DNA from: Vulcanimicrobiota bacterium
GTDB lineage: Bacteria > Vulcanimicrobiota > Vulcanimicrobiia > Vulcanimicrobiales > Vulcanimicrobiaceae
NCBI GenBank assembly: GCA_963777315.1
Contig: CAVZQC010000004.1
Coordinates: 704,001 to 768,000 of the forward strand
DNA length: 64,000 nucleotides
Reading direction: 5' to 3'
A program made the position numbers and the translations under genes. A model generated the notes under the pieces. The model worked only from the letters and a program-made list of their open reading frames with translations. It was not told the origin of the DNA and ran no database searches. Positions 37,092 to 46,903 of the stretch are shown piece after piece; the stretch's first letter is position 1, and each line of letters begins with the position of its first letter.

Positions 37092-37696
37092 TTGCCGCCA
37101 TCCTGTGCGCGGTCGTGTTCGCATGTTCGGCTGCGTGCGGAATCGCACTCGCGCAGGTGCTGTGCGCCGACGTTGCGCCGCTCGACGGAGCACCCGAACC
37201 CTCGCGGCTATCGCCGGCAGTGCCGATTGCGGCTTTCAGCGTGCTTGGCGTTATCGTGGCGCTGCGCGGAGCGCCGCCTTTGCAGCTCGGACTCATTGCC
37301 CTCGTGGGCATCCCATTGGCCGGAAGCTGGTACGCGGACGCAAAGAAGGGCCTCGTTCCCGACGTTTTCACCATGGCGCCGCTGGCGCTGATCGCGATCG
37401 CGGTACTCTTGCATCACACGTGGTTCGTTGCCGTGTCGGCGGCGGTTACCGGCGGCGCGTTCGGTCTGGCGGCCCTGTTGTCGCGTGGCCGCGGCATGGG
37501 CTGGGGGGACGCGAAGCTGGCTGCCGTAGCGGGCGCGCTGCTCGGGTTGCCGTGGTCGCTGGGCGTTCTCGGCATCGCATGCTTTGCCGCGACGCTTGTC
37601 TCCGTCGTGCGCAACCGCGGCACGCAGCCGATAGCCTTTGCGCCGTACATCGTGGTATCGGTCCTGATCGCCGTGGCGATGACCGTCCACGCCTAG
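37088..37696 (+). CDS. Second A24 family prepilin peptidase
   Basis: YADAKKGLVPD, GMGWGDAKL, IAFAPYI; both catalytic Asp present. Confidence 0.82.
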   Translation: MIAAILCAVVFACSAACGIALAQVLCADVAPLDGAPEPSRLSPAVPIAAFSVLGVIVALRGAPPLQLGLIALVGIPLAGSWYADAKKGLVPDVFTMAPLALIAIAVLLHHTWFVAVSAAVTGGAFGLAALLSRGRGMGWGDAKLAAVAGALLGLPWSLGVLGIACFAATLVSVVRNRGTQPIAFAPYIVVSVLIAVAMTVHA

Positions 37697-37859
37697 TGTC
37701 CTGAGTCAGAAGTCCGTTGACTTTCTTCCGCAGTCTTTTCCCTTGCTGCGTTGTTGCTCCTCGGTTACAACGCTACGGCGTTGCGCCCTCCTCGCGCCTA
37801 GCAGCAAGGAAAAAATCCAAGCGGAAATAATGCCATCAACTTCTGACTCAGGACACTAG
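37693..37859. mobile_element. MITE-like non-autonomous element with 21-bp terminal inverted repeats
   Basis: CTAGTGTCCTGAGTCAGAAGT (37693-37713) and its exact reverse complement (37839-37859). CTAG at both ends, further imperfect internal pairing, no transposase. Confidence 0.75.
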
Positions 37860-37871
37860 AGATTCCGCGGT

Positions 37872-39359
37872 TTAGGCTGAAGCGCGAACGTCGACCATCT
37901 CGCCGGCGGCAGCTAGCGGGCCGCGTTCGACGGAGATCGTTCGCAGCAGATGCAGCACTTCGCCGAACGTTCGGCGCAGTTCCGCGGCCAGCTCTTCCTG
38001 CCCGCATTGCGGCATCCCGACGAGCAGATCGCCCCGGTACAGTTCGCGAGCGCGCTCGAGATGGAAGAGCACGTAGCGGTTGGCGCGCTGCGCATGTCCG
38101 CCCCGTGCCGCATTGACGTGCCCTTGAAACTCGGAAAGGTCGGTGATGACGTTTTGAATGACCACCGCCAAGTCGTCTTCAGAGCGAAAGTACGCATCGG
38201 TGCCGGCCTGCCCGACGACTCTGCGCAGCGCTCGGCGAATGTTGCTGCAGGTCGTGCGTAAATTTTGCGCAGCCACGTGGCTTTCTCGGCCTTGCCAGAA
38301 GATCTCCATCACTTCGCGCCGCTTCGCGCTGCCGTCGGCCTTGAGCAGCAGATATTTGAAGACTTGAGCGTCCTTGCGGCGGATCCACTTCACCGGAACG
38401 CCCGCGATCGACACGCGCAGCTCGCCGAACAACTTGGCAACCATCGGGGCCGCTGCGGCCGAATTGCTCGAACGCACGCCGGCGGAGCGAAACGCACGGC
38501 CTACGGCGGAGAGTACCGACGGCGCGTCATTTTCGCGCACGACGAACAGCCCCTCGCGCTCCCAGGCGGCGAGATCTTCCGAAGACATCGAGCGGTTCTC
38601 TTCCAATGCGGCGATGAATTGCGAACCGCCGCGCAGCCGGCGCGCTTCGCCGGCGACGAAATCGGTAAACGCTTTGGCGGATTCCTCTTCCCAAATCGTG
38701 AGCGCCGCGCGCAGCGGCGCTCGTCTCCGCAGCGCGGCATGCAGTGCTCCGCTCACGACCATCGGCCAGCCCTGCGTTTGGCGGACAAACTCGCCGGCAT
38801 CGGCGGCTTGCGCGTCGACGTCCATGAGGCGGCACAGCGCGAGCGTTTCGCTTTCGTCGAACGCCAGTACGTTCCAGTCGACGATCTCGGCCGTGGCGTC
38901 GCAGAGCCAGCGCGGCTGAACGACTGCGTGCGCCGAACGCGCACAGAGCGTTACGCTGACCGTACGCTCCAATGACGCGCAAAACGCCTGGATCGCTTCA
39001 CGCCCGGAAGCGCCGGCGAGGTCCGCATCGTCGATGACGACGTTCGAGATGCCGGCCCGCTCCACCGCGTCGAGCGCACCCTGCAGCGATGCGGGCATGG
39101 CCGGCACGCCGGCCGCGCACATCAATTGCACGAATACCGCCGTGGCGTCGTCGCCCGCGTTCAGACGAACGTATCTCCACGCGCCGCCGGACGACAGCAC
39201 GCCCTGCGCGGCCAGGGTGGATTTCCCAAAGCCGGCCGGCGCGCAAATTGCCCATACGCGGTGTTCGCGCCGCATGCGGTCCAGTAAACGCGGACGGTCC
39301 AAATTGAACGCCGGCAACCGGGAAAGCCGCCCCGGAGCCGAACGCGCGAAAGCGCTCAT
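37872..39359 (-). CDS. MalT-like STAND NTPase fused to a SARP-type wHTH and short BTAD region; transcriptional regulator
   Basis: RPRLL...APAGFGKSTL, TQGWP; C-terminal LFGELRV...VFKYLLL...IFW...NLRTTCSNIRRAL...LYRGDLL. Confidence 0.78.
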   Translation of the reverse strand: MSAFARSAPGRLSRLPAFNLDRPRLLDRMRREHRVWAICAPAGFGKSTLAAQGVLSSGGAWRYVRLNAGDDATAVFVQLMCAAGVPAMPASLQGALDAVERAGISNVVIDDADLAGASGREAIQAFCASLERTVSVTLCARSAHAVVQPRWLCDATAEIVDWNVLAFDESETLALCRLMDVDAQAADAGEFVRQTQGWPMVVSGALHAALRRRAPLRAALTIWEEESAKAFTDFVAGEARRLRGGSQFIAALEENRSMSSEDLAAWEREGLFVVRENDAPSVLSAVGRAFRSAGVRSSNSAAAAPMVAKLFGELRVSIAGVPVKWIRRKDAQVFKYLLLKADGSAKRREVMEIFWQGRESHVAAQNLRTTCSNIRRALRRVVGQAGTDAYFRSEDDLAVVIQNVITDLSEFQGHVNAARGGHAQRANRYVLFHLERARELYRGDLLVGMPQCGQEELAAELRRTFGEVLHLLRTISVERGPLAAAGEMVDVRASA

Positions 39360-39463
39360 TTACCTACAGTATCGGCACAATCGCCGAAGGGCCGCAGGCA
39401 GACCATTTGGCTCACGCGCCGTCGGCATTTGAGCCCCTCGCCCGATATGCCGATAGTATCTTC

Positions 39464-41491
39464 ATGATGCCGCTCTTTACAGGCCGCAGCAGTTTTGAAC
39501 GCGTGCTCTTCCAGGAGCACCCTGCCGCAATGTGGATTTACGATCCGCGCACGTTGCGCTTTCTGGACGTCAACGATGCCGCCGTAGCACTGTACGGATA
39601 TTCCAGAAGTGAGTTTCTCGAGAGCACGATAGATCGGCTCACGCCGCTGGAAGATCTGACTTCGCATGCCGAGCGCCCTTATGCGCGTCATCGCACGCGC
39701 GACGGACGCACGGTGCGCGTGCAGCTTCACGATCGCCTCGTGCAGTACCGCGGGTCGAATGCCGCGCTGGTGACCGCGCACGAGATCGGCGTGTTCGCCG
39801 AGGCGCAAGAACGGTTGTCGGTGAGCGAAGCTTCCCTCGCGCTCGTGCAGCAGCTCGCGCACGTCGGCACGTTCAGTTACGATCGACGCAGCGGCCAACG
39901 CTACTGGTCCGAGGAAACGTACCGCATCCTTGGCATCGAGCGCGGCGTCCCGCCGCTGCTGGAAGGGTTTTGGGCATTTTCGCACCCCGAAGATGCCGAC
40001 GTCCTGCGGTCGGAAGTGCTGCGCGCGCGTTCGCAAGGACGCCCGTACAGCATCGACCACCGCATACTGCACGCGGACGGCTCCGTGCGGCACGTGCACG
40101 AGCACGGGCAATGGGAGTACGACGACCGCGGCGAGTGGCAGTTCTTCTCCGGCACGCTTCAAGACGTTACGGATCGCGTGCGCGCCGAAGCGGAAATTCG
40201 CCATCTGGCATATCACGACTCGCTCACGAACTTGCTCAACCGTTCCGGGCTCATGGCGCGCCTAACGTCCACTCTGAACGGAAGCTCGCCCGAAGCGCTG
40301 ACCGCGATCATCCTGTTCGATCTGGACCGTTTCAAAACGATCAACGACACGCTGGGTCACCGCGCGGGCGACGAAGTGCTCGTTGCGATCGCCCAGCGTC
40401 TGCGCAGCCGCCTGCGTGATGCAGAGCTGCTGGCTCGCACCGGCGGGGATGAATTCGTAGCGGTCGTACCTGCCGGCACCGACCGGCTGAGCATTTCGTT
40501 GCGGGCCGAGCACCTGCTGCAAGCCTTCCGCACGCCGTTCATCGTGGGCAGCTATCCGTACACCATATCCGCGAGCGTCGGCATCAGCGTTGCTCCGCTG
40601 GACGGATCCAACCCGGACGATTTGCTGCGCAATGCCGACGTGGCGATGTATCAGTCCAAGGCGTACGGCAAGAATCGCTTCAACTATTATACGACGGAGC
40701 TGCAAAGCATGGCGGCGCGCCGTTTCGATCTCGAGCGGGGTCTGCGCAGAGCTTTGGATCAAAACGAGTTCGCGATGCATTACCAGCCGGTGGTCTGCGC
40801 GCGAAGCGGGCAAGTCAAGGCGGTCGAAGCGCTCCTGCGCTGGCAAAACCGCGATCTGCAGCCCACTCCGCCGGGCGAATTCGTCGAGTTCGCCGAGGAG
40901 ACCGGCGTCATCGAAGAGATCGGCGACTGGGTGTTCGAAACGACGTTCGCGCAAGCCAAGCGATGGTCCGAGCAGGGAGTCGATCTGCGCGTTTGGGTCA
41001 ACGTATCGGCGATCCAGCTGCACGCCGGTCTGCCGTCCAAGGTCCGCGAGCTGCTGGCCAAGTACCGGATCGAGCCCGACGTGCTCGGCTTTGAACTTAC
41101 CGAGAGTTCCTTCATCAACGCCAACGCCGAAACGATGTCGATCCTGCGCGAGATCAAGTCGATGGGGATTCGACTTGCGCTCGACGATTTCGGAGTCAAG
41201 TACTCATCGTTGGAATACCTGCAGCGGCTGCCCATCGACACGGTCAAGATCGACCGGATCTTCGTCACCGGCGTGGGTTCGAACCGGGTGAACCGAGCCA
41301 TCATCGGCGCAATCGTGAACATCGCTCACGAGATGCGCTTCAACGTGAGCGCCGAAGGGGTGGAAACGTTCGAAGAACTCGAAACGATCCGATCGCTGGG
41401 CTGCGACACGTGGCAAGGCTTCTTCTGCAGCACGGCCAGGACGCCGGAAGAGATCGCACCACTCGTCGAGGCGGTCAAGGAAGTCGTCTAG
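39464..41491 (+). CDS. PAS-PAS-GGDEF-EAL c-di-GMP enzyme
   Basis: DLDRFKTINDTLGH, RTGGDEF, VEALLRW, ELTES, LDDFG, KIDR, EGVE. Confidence 0.93.
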   Translation: MMPLFTGRSSFERVLFQEHPAAMWIYDPRTLRFLDVNDAAVALYGYSRSEFLESTIDRLTPLEDLTSHAERPYARHRTRDGRTVRVQLHDRLVQYRGSNAALVTAHEIGVFAEAQERLSVSEASLALVQQLAHVGTFSYDRRSGQRYWSEETYRILGIERGVPPLLEGFWAFSHPEDADVLRSEVLRARSQGRPYSIDHRILHADGSVRHVHEHGQWEYDDRGEWQFFSGTLQDVTDRVRAEAEIRHLAYHDSLTNLLNRSGLMARLTSTLNGSSPEALTAIILFDLDRFKTINDTLGHRAGDEVLVAIAQRLRSRLRDAELLARTGGDEFVAVVPAGTDRLSISLRAEHLLQAFRTPFIVGSYPYTISASVGISVAPLDGSNPDDLLRNADVAMYQSKAYGKNRFNYYTTELQSMAARRFDLERGLRRALDQNEFAMHYQPVVCARSGQVKAVEALLRWQNRDLQPTPPGEFVEFAEETGVIEEIGDWVFETTFAQAKRWSEQGVDLRVWVNVSAIQLHAGLPSKVRELLAKYRIEPDVLGFELTESSFINANAETMSILREIKSMGIRLALDDFGVKYSSLEYLQRLPIDTVKIDRIFVTGVGSNRVNRAIIGAIVNIAHEMRFNVSAEGVETFEELETIRSLGCDTWQGFFCSTARTPEEIAPLVEAVKEVV

Positions 41492-43617
41492 TGCACTGGT
41501 TTTCGCCGCGCAGCGCTCCTGCGAAAAGCGCGCCGCCGGACTTTTTTCACGGCAGCCCGCTGCCCATGTGCGTGTACGATACCGCTGCCCAAACGTTCTT
41601 GGACGTCAATGAAGCGGCGCTTCGTCAGTACGGGTACGCCCGCGAGGAGCTGATCGGTGCGCCGATCGATCTTTTGCGGGGGCCGCAAGACGGCGTCCAG
41701 GATTTGGTCGACTCGTTCTCGGGCATTTCTTCGCTGCGTCCCGGCCGAATCTTCAAGCACCGGCGCAAGAACGGCGAGGTGTTCTTTGCGGACGTGCGTA
41801 CGCATGACCTCGTCTTTGACGGCCGCAGCGCCCGGCTCATGGCGGGCGAGGACGTGACCGCGCAAATCAAGGCCGAGCAGGTGCTCCGCCAAACCCAGGT
41901 TGCGCTTTCGCGCGCGGAGCAGATCGCGCACTTGGGCAGTTATGCCTACAACTATCGCACCGGCTTTGCGTTCTGGTCCGAGGAACTGTACCGCATACTT
42001 CGCGCGCCGGTAGGACGCGTCGACGTCGGTGACGGGCTATGGCCGTTTCACCATGCCGACGACGCCGACCGCGTGCGGCGCGAACTCGCGCGCGCGCAGC
42101 TGCATCGCAAAGCGTACGACCTCGAGCACCGCATCGTGTGCTGCGACGGCACGGTCACGCACGTGCACGAGCAAGGCCACTGGATCTTCGACGACGACGG
42201 ACAAGCCGTCGCACAGTTCGGCACGATCTTGGACATTACGGATCGTAAAACGACCGAGTCGTCGCTGGTGGATCTCGCCTACCACGACGCACTTACGGGC
42301 CTGCGAAACCGCACCGGGCTGCGCCAGGACATTCGCCGCATCATCAGCAACTACGAGGGCCGTTCCTTAGTCGGCATTCTGTTCGTCGATCTGGACCGCT
42401 TCAAGATCATCAACGACACGCTCGGGCACCGCGTGGGCGACGCGGTTCTGGCCGAAGTCAGCCGGCGGCTGCGTTTGGCCGTTACGCCGGACGACATCGT
42501 AGCGCGCACGGGCGGCGACGAGTTCATCATCGTTCTGGACGGCATGCCGGACAAAATGTCGATCTCCGAACGGGCAGCCAAGGTCATCGATGCGCTGCGG
42601 CCGCCGATCTTGGTCGGCGAGCACGAGCACTTCCTCTCTGCAAGCATCGGGATAAGTTTGTTTCCGCTCGACGGCAAAGAGCCGGACTCACTCCTGCGCA
42701 ACGCCGATGTGGCGATGTACGCGATGAAACGGCGCGGCGGCAGCGGCTACGGTTACTATACGCCCGACCTGCAGTACGCTGCTTCGCGCAGATTTCGCAT
42801 GGAACGCGCGCTGCGCCACGCGCTCACACGCAACGAGCTCGCCTTGCGCTATCAGCCCATCGTCAGCGCGGCCGGCAGCGAAATCGTCGGCGTCGAGGCG
42901 CTGCTGCGCTGGAACAGCCTGGAATTAGGGCCGATAGAACCGTCCGAGTTCGTTGCGCTTGCCGATGAAACGGGCCTGATCGTTCCCATCGGGCGGTGGG
43001 CGATGGACCAAGCCTTCGAACAGACTGCGGCGTGGGCTCGCGCGGGTTTGCGAACGCGTACCTGGCTCAACGTGTCGCCGTATCAACTTCACGATCCCAA
43101 CTTCGTGCGAACGCTCGAAGAATTGCGCGGCCGGCACGGCCTTCCGGCCGACCTGATCGGCCTTGAGGTCACCGAAGCCGCCTTCATCGATCGGGCGCAA
43201 GAGGCCGAAGCCACGCTGCGCGAGCTGCGCGGAATGGGCGTGGGCTTGGCGCTGGGCGATTTCGGCGTGCAGCACTGTGCTTTGGCTCGACTGCAAACGC
43301 TGGCCGTGGACACGGTGAAAGTCGATCGCAGCTTCGTCGAGTCGGTCGATCGAAACAGTTATCATGCCGAAGTTGCCGAGGCAATCGTCCGGCTGTGCCG
43401 CAAGCTCGGGCTGAGCGTGACCGCCGAAGGCATCGAGCGAAAGGAACAGCTCGAGATGCTGCGCGCCCTGGGCTGCGATGCCTGGCAGGGAGCGCTGTAC
43501 GGCGAAGCGCGCGAGTCCGACGAAGTGGCGCGGCTGCTGCGCCACTGCGAGCACCGCGTCGCTACGGCAGCGGCAGCAGGGACCCCGTCGGAGCCGATGT
43601 TTGAGCGCCTGCCGTAG
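41491..43617 (+). CDS. PAS-PAS-GGDEF-EAL protein with a degenerate EAL loop 6
   Basis: RTGGDEF and VEALLRW are intact, but LGDFGVQHCAL replaces DDFGxGYSS. Confidence 0.9.
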   Translation: MHWFSPRSAPAKSAPPDFFHGSPLPMCVYDTAAQTFLDVNEAALRQYGYAREELIGAPIDLLRGPQDGVQDLVDSFSGISSLRPGRIFKHRRKNGEVFFADVRTHDLVFDGRSARLMAGEDVTAQIKAEQVLRQTQVALSRAEQIAHLGSYAYNYRTGFAFWSEELYRILRAPVGRVDVGDGLWPFHHADDADRVRRELARAQLHRKAYDLEHRIVCCDGTVTHVHEQGHWIFDDDGQAVAQFGTILDITDRKTTESSLVDLAYHDALTGLRNRTGLRQDIRRIISNYEGRSLVGILFVDLDRFKIINDTLGHRVGDAVLAEVSRRLRLAVTPDDIVARTGGDEFIIVLDGMPDKMSISERAAKVIDALRPPILVGEHEHFLSASIGISLFPLDGKEPDSLLRNADVAMYAMKRRGGSGYGYYTPDLQYAASRRFRMERALRHALTRNELALRYQPIVSAAGSEIVGVEALLRWNSLELGPIEPSEFVALADETGLIVPIGRWAMDQAFEQTAAWARAGLRTRTWLNVSPYQLHDPNFVRTLEELRGRHGLPADLIGLEVTEAAFIDRAQEAEATLRELRGMGVGLALGDFGVQHCALARLQTLAVDTVKVDRSFVESVDRNSYHAEVAEAIVRLCRKLGLSVTAEGIERKEQLEMLRALGCDAWQGALYGEARESDEVARLLRHCEHRVATAAAAGTPSEPMFERLP

Positions 43618-44215
43618 CCGGAACCCCCGACTCGACCAGTTGGCGGTACGCTATCAATCTGTTCGTGTTTTTCGTCACGTCGAGCTGCAGCTCGTATGAG
43701 TTCTGAATCGCCCTAGTCAGATCGCGCGTATCGTACGTGTACGAAAAGCGCTTGAGGTTCTTCAAAATACTCTTTGTCTGCACGTTGAGCGTCGCGTACG
43801 CTTCGCGCAGCTGCGAACCCGTGCGCTCGTAGGTGGGATAGTTCGAGCTCACGATTTCGCGCTTGAGCCGCGCATCCTCGATTTGCGATCGCAGCGCCTG
43901 TAAGCGCACGCTTTGGGGATCGTACTTCTGGCCCTCGTTGAGCACGGCCAGTGCGTCGTCGAAATCACCCCTGCGGTAATTGCTCTCGGCGATCGCCGCC
44001 GATACTTGCGAGAATCCGGCGCGCGCGCGCGGATCCCGCGGGCTGACCTTCAGGGCCAACCGATAGGCGATTTCGGCCTCGTGCAGGCTGCCGTTCTGCA
44101 GGGCGACGTCGCCCTGATTGACGCGGGTATCGACGATCCAGTGTTCGACGGTACCGGCACAGCCGGCGAGGCTCACGAAGAGCGCCGCGTAAACGAGGGT
44201 GCGTAGAATGTTCAC
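43562..44215 (-). CDS. TPR-containing lipoprotein
   Basis: Lipobox SLAGC; TPR-like helices (AEIAYRLALKVSPRD; GDFDDALAVLNEGQKYDP). Confidence 0.75.
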   Translation of the reverse strand: MNILRTLVYAALFVSLAGCAGTVEHWIVDTRVNQGDVALQNGSLHEAEIAYRLALKVSPRDPRARAGFSQVSAAIAESNYRRGDFDDALAVLNEGQKYDPQSVRLQALRSQIEDARLKREIVSSNYPTYERTGSQLREAYATLNVQTKSILKNLKRFSYTYDTRDLTRAIQNSYELQLDVTKNTNRLIAYRQLVESGVPATAGAQTSAPTGSLLPLP

Positions 44216-44224
44216 GAGTCTATG

Positions 44225-45145
44225 CTACCTGCCATGGTTGACGATCCGAGCAACGGCCGAGATGATCCAGGCGGCGGGCCAAAGCAGCGCTTGGGAGACC
44301 AGCCAGCCGATTATCGCCGTCAATGAGAGGTAGAAGACCATTGCCTTGACTTCCTGGTGCGAACGCTCGCCTTTGACCGCTTCGTCGACGATGATCGACG
44401 ACGTCGGATCCACGAAGAAGGTAAAGGCGATGGTCCCGATGCCGTTGATGATGCCGGAGATGCCGATAGCGGTCCTCGCCACGTTGACGTCCAGTACGCT
44501 GGCGTAGTATGCCGCGACCACCCCTATCGCGTAAATGCCGGTCACGACGACGTTGAAAACGAGCAGGCGCCGGGGAATGTTGCGCGCGGAGAAGCTGAAG
44601 ATTTCGCTGTAGTGCGGCACCCGCAGCTGCGAGAGCACGCTCCACAGCACCCGCGGATCGAACAGACGCACCAGCGAGTGCGGAAGCGATTTCGTTTGTT
44701 CGAAGGAGCGCACGCCGCGCACGTACAGGTACGTAAACATCGGCAGCATGAGGCTGCCCAGGATGGTTCCCACCGTGCCGGCCACGATGATCAGCCGCAG
44801 CTGCCATTCGAACGCGTGCTGGATGCCGGCGATCGATGCATGCAGCTGCACGGCCGGCAGATGGCGCAGCATCAGAGCCTTGACGGCGTTTCCCGCCTTG
44901 TCGGAGATAGGGCCGAGCATGAGCGTGTAAACCAGGGTCGCCAGCCGGCTGGCGGTGACGAACAAGTTGAACAGCGAAATCGACGTGGCGATGCGCCCGG
45001 TGCGCACTCCCGCCAGGCGCGCTGCGTACGCGCCGATTTGAATGGCTTGCACGATGACGTTGATCGCCAGCGCGACGACGAGCTGCCACGTCCAAAACGG
45101 AACCAGGGCAGCCCCGGGGTTATGCAGCGCTACGGTTCCATGCAA
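44225..45145 (-). CDS. amj: Lipid II flippase Amj family (DUF2837)
   Basis: AYAARLAGVRTGRIATSISLFN, YAIGVVAAYYAS, SGIINGIGTI...VDP. Confidence 0.85.
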   Translation of the reverse strand: MHGTVALHNPGAALVPFWTWQLVVALAINVIVQAIQIGAYAARLAGVRTGRIATSISLFNLFVTASRLATLVYTLMLGPISDKAGNAVKALMLRHLPAVQLHASIAGIQHAFEWQLRLIIVAGTVGTILGSLMLPMFTYLYVRGVRSFEQTKSLPHSLVRLFDPRVLWSVLSQLRVPHYSEIFSFSARNIPRRLLVFNVVVTGIYAIGVVAAYYASVLDVNVARTAIGISGIINGIGTIAFTFFVDPTSSIIVDEAVKGERSHQEVKAMVFYLSLTAIIGWLVSQALLWPAAWIISAVARIVNHGR

Positions 45146-46376
45146 CGGACGCTTCGTCGACCGGTCCGAGCACGCACAGACCGAGATTGTTCTCCGCCAA
45201 CAGCTCCTGTGCGAGGGTGTGAATCTGGTCGGCCGTAACGGCCTCGACGTTCTCCTCGATCTCTTCGGTGGTCAGCTCGCGCCCGAGCGAGAACTCACTG
45301 CGGCCCAGCCGGATCATCCGGCTCGACGTGCTCTCCAGCGAGAGCGTAAGGCTGCCTTTGATGTGCTCCTTGGCCAAACGCAGCTCGGCCTCCGTAACGC
45401 GCTGCTCGCGCAGACCGGCGAACTGTTCGCCGATGACCGACACGCACTCGCTCACGTTTTTCGGGGACGTGCCCGCGTACACCGCAAACAGACCGGCGCC
45501 CCGGTACGCCGCTTGAAACGAGTATACGGTGTACACCAACCCGCGCTTTTCCCGAATCTCCTGAAACAAACGGCTCGACATACCGCCGCCCAAAATCGTA
45601 TCGAGCACCGATAGGGCGTACCGGCGATCGTCGCGCACCGAAAGACCGCGCGTTCCGAGGACGACGTATGCCTGTTCGCTGTCCTTGTAACGGAAAAGCG
45701 AATTCGGCGTGGCAGGCGGCGCTTCGGGCACGGGCAGCTCGCACGATCCCTCAAAGGAAGCAAAGCAGCGTTCGAACAGATCGACCACGGCTTGGTGTTC
45801 GACGTTGCCCGCGGCCGCCACGACGACCGAATTCGGCGCGTAATGGCGTTTCATGTGCGCGCGCAGATCGTCGGGCGTGATTGCGGTCACCGTGTCGGCA
45901 AAGCCTATGGTCGGTGCGCCCAAGTTGCTGTCTTGCCACATGGTCTGGATGAAAAGGTCGTGGATCAGCTCGTCGGGCGAGTCTTCGTACATCTTGATCT
46001 CTTCGAGAACGACCTTTTGCTCTTTGCTCAGTTCCTGCGGATCGAACTGCGAGTTCAGGAACATGTCGGCCAGCACGTCGACCGCCAGCGGAAGATGCCG
46101 GTCCATGACCTTGGCGTAGTAACACGTCGTTTCTTTGTCGGTGAACGCGTTCAAGTTGCCGCCTATGCCGTCCATCTCTTCGGCGATACGGCGTGCCGTG
46201 CGGCTCGGCGTTCCTTTGAAGAGCATGTGCTCGACCAGATGAGATATCCCCCGGCGTTCGGCGCTCTCGTCGGCGGAACCGACGTCGGCCCAAATGCCTA
46301 TCGACGTCGAGCGAAAGGCGGGCATCGTTTCGGTTATCACCCGAACGCCGTTGCTCAAGGTGGTCTTGCGGTACAT
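45120..46376 (-). CDS. M16 (pitrilysin) family zinc peptidase
   Basis: GISHLVEHMLFKGT (HxxEH), NAFTDKE, LGGGMSSRLFQEIREKRGLVY. Confidence 0.93.
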   Translation of the reverse strand: MYRKTTLSNGVRVITETMPAFRSTSIGIWADVGSADESAERRGISHLVEHMLFKGTPSRTARRIAEEMDGIGGNLNAFTDKETTCYYAKVMDRHLPLAVDVLADMFLNSQFDPQELSKEQKVVLEEIKMYEDSPDELIHDLFIQTMWQDSNLGAPTIGFADTVTAITPDDLRAHMKRHYAPNSVVVAAAGNVEHQAVVDLFERCFASFEGSCELPVPEAPPATPNSLFRYKDSEQAYVVLGTRGLSVRDDRRYALSVLDTILGGGMSSRLFQEIREKRGLVYTVYSFQAAYRGAGLFAVYAGTSPKNVSECVSVIGEQFAGLREQRVTEAELRLAKEHIKGSLTLSLESTSSRMIRLGRSEFSLGRELTTEEIEENVEAVTADQIHTLAQELLAENNLGLCVLGPVDEASVAWNRSAA

Positions 46377-46384
46377 GTGTTCTC

Positions 46385-46903
46385 TCACTTTAGAGCGCTG
46401 CGCATCCACTCCTGGTCCCAGAACGCGCCGTCCCCCCGCCGCATGCGAGCGACCATGGAATCGGCGCTCTCGCCCCGGCGGACGCTGAGCGTAAAAACGG
46501 TGCGCGAGGTGGGCTTTGCCAAATCTCCCGCGACGACCACGTCTTTGCCCACGCGCAACGGCACGGTCGCCCAGACGTCCACCTCGTTCACGTTCGAGGA
46601 AGTAAACGCCGTGCGCACGATCTGCGCGATCTCGTCGATGAATTGTTCGCGCGTGAGCGGCCGGTGAAAGCGCACGCCGGAAAGGCGCAGCCCCGCGACG
46701 CTCCGCCCGTCGACCGAATCGGCGTAGACGTTGAGCACTTGAGCCGGCCACACCGTCGCGAACAGTGCTCGTCCGATCGCCGCGGCGACCGGTTTGGCGT
46801 TGCCGGACGATCGCGCGTAGGCATCGGTTGCGCCCACGCCTGCGGGCGCCGCCGGAAACAAGGCTTGGGCGAGCAGAACGAGCGCGCTAATAGCTCTGAG
46901 CAA
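46385..46903 (-). CDS. Hypothetical secreted protein
   Basis: Signal peptide; fills the gap between proS and the M16 gene on the same strand. Confidence 0.65.
   Translation of the reverse strand: MLRAISALVLLAQALFPAAPAGVGATDAYARSSGNAKPVAAAIGRALFATVWPAQVLNVYADSVDGRSVAGLRLSGVRFHRPLTREQFIDEIAQIVRTAFTSSNVNEVDVWATVPLRVGKDVVVAGDLAKPTSRTVFTLSVRRGESADSMVARMRRGDGAFWDQEWMRSALK

Noticed and set aside
37798..38007. 69-aa minus-strand ORF running into the inverted-repeat element
   Set aside because: An alternative frame of the regulator's 3' end with no transposase features.
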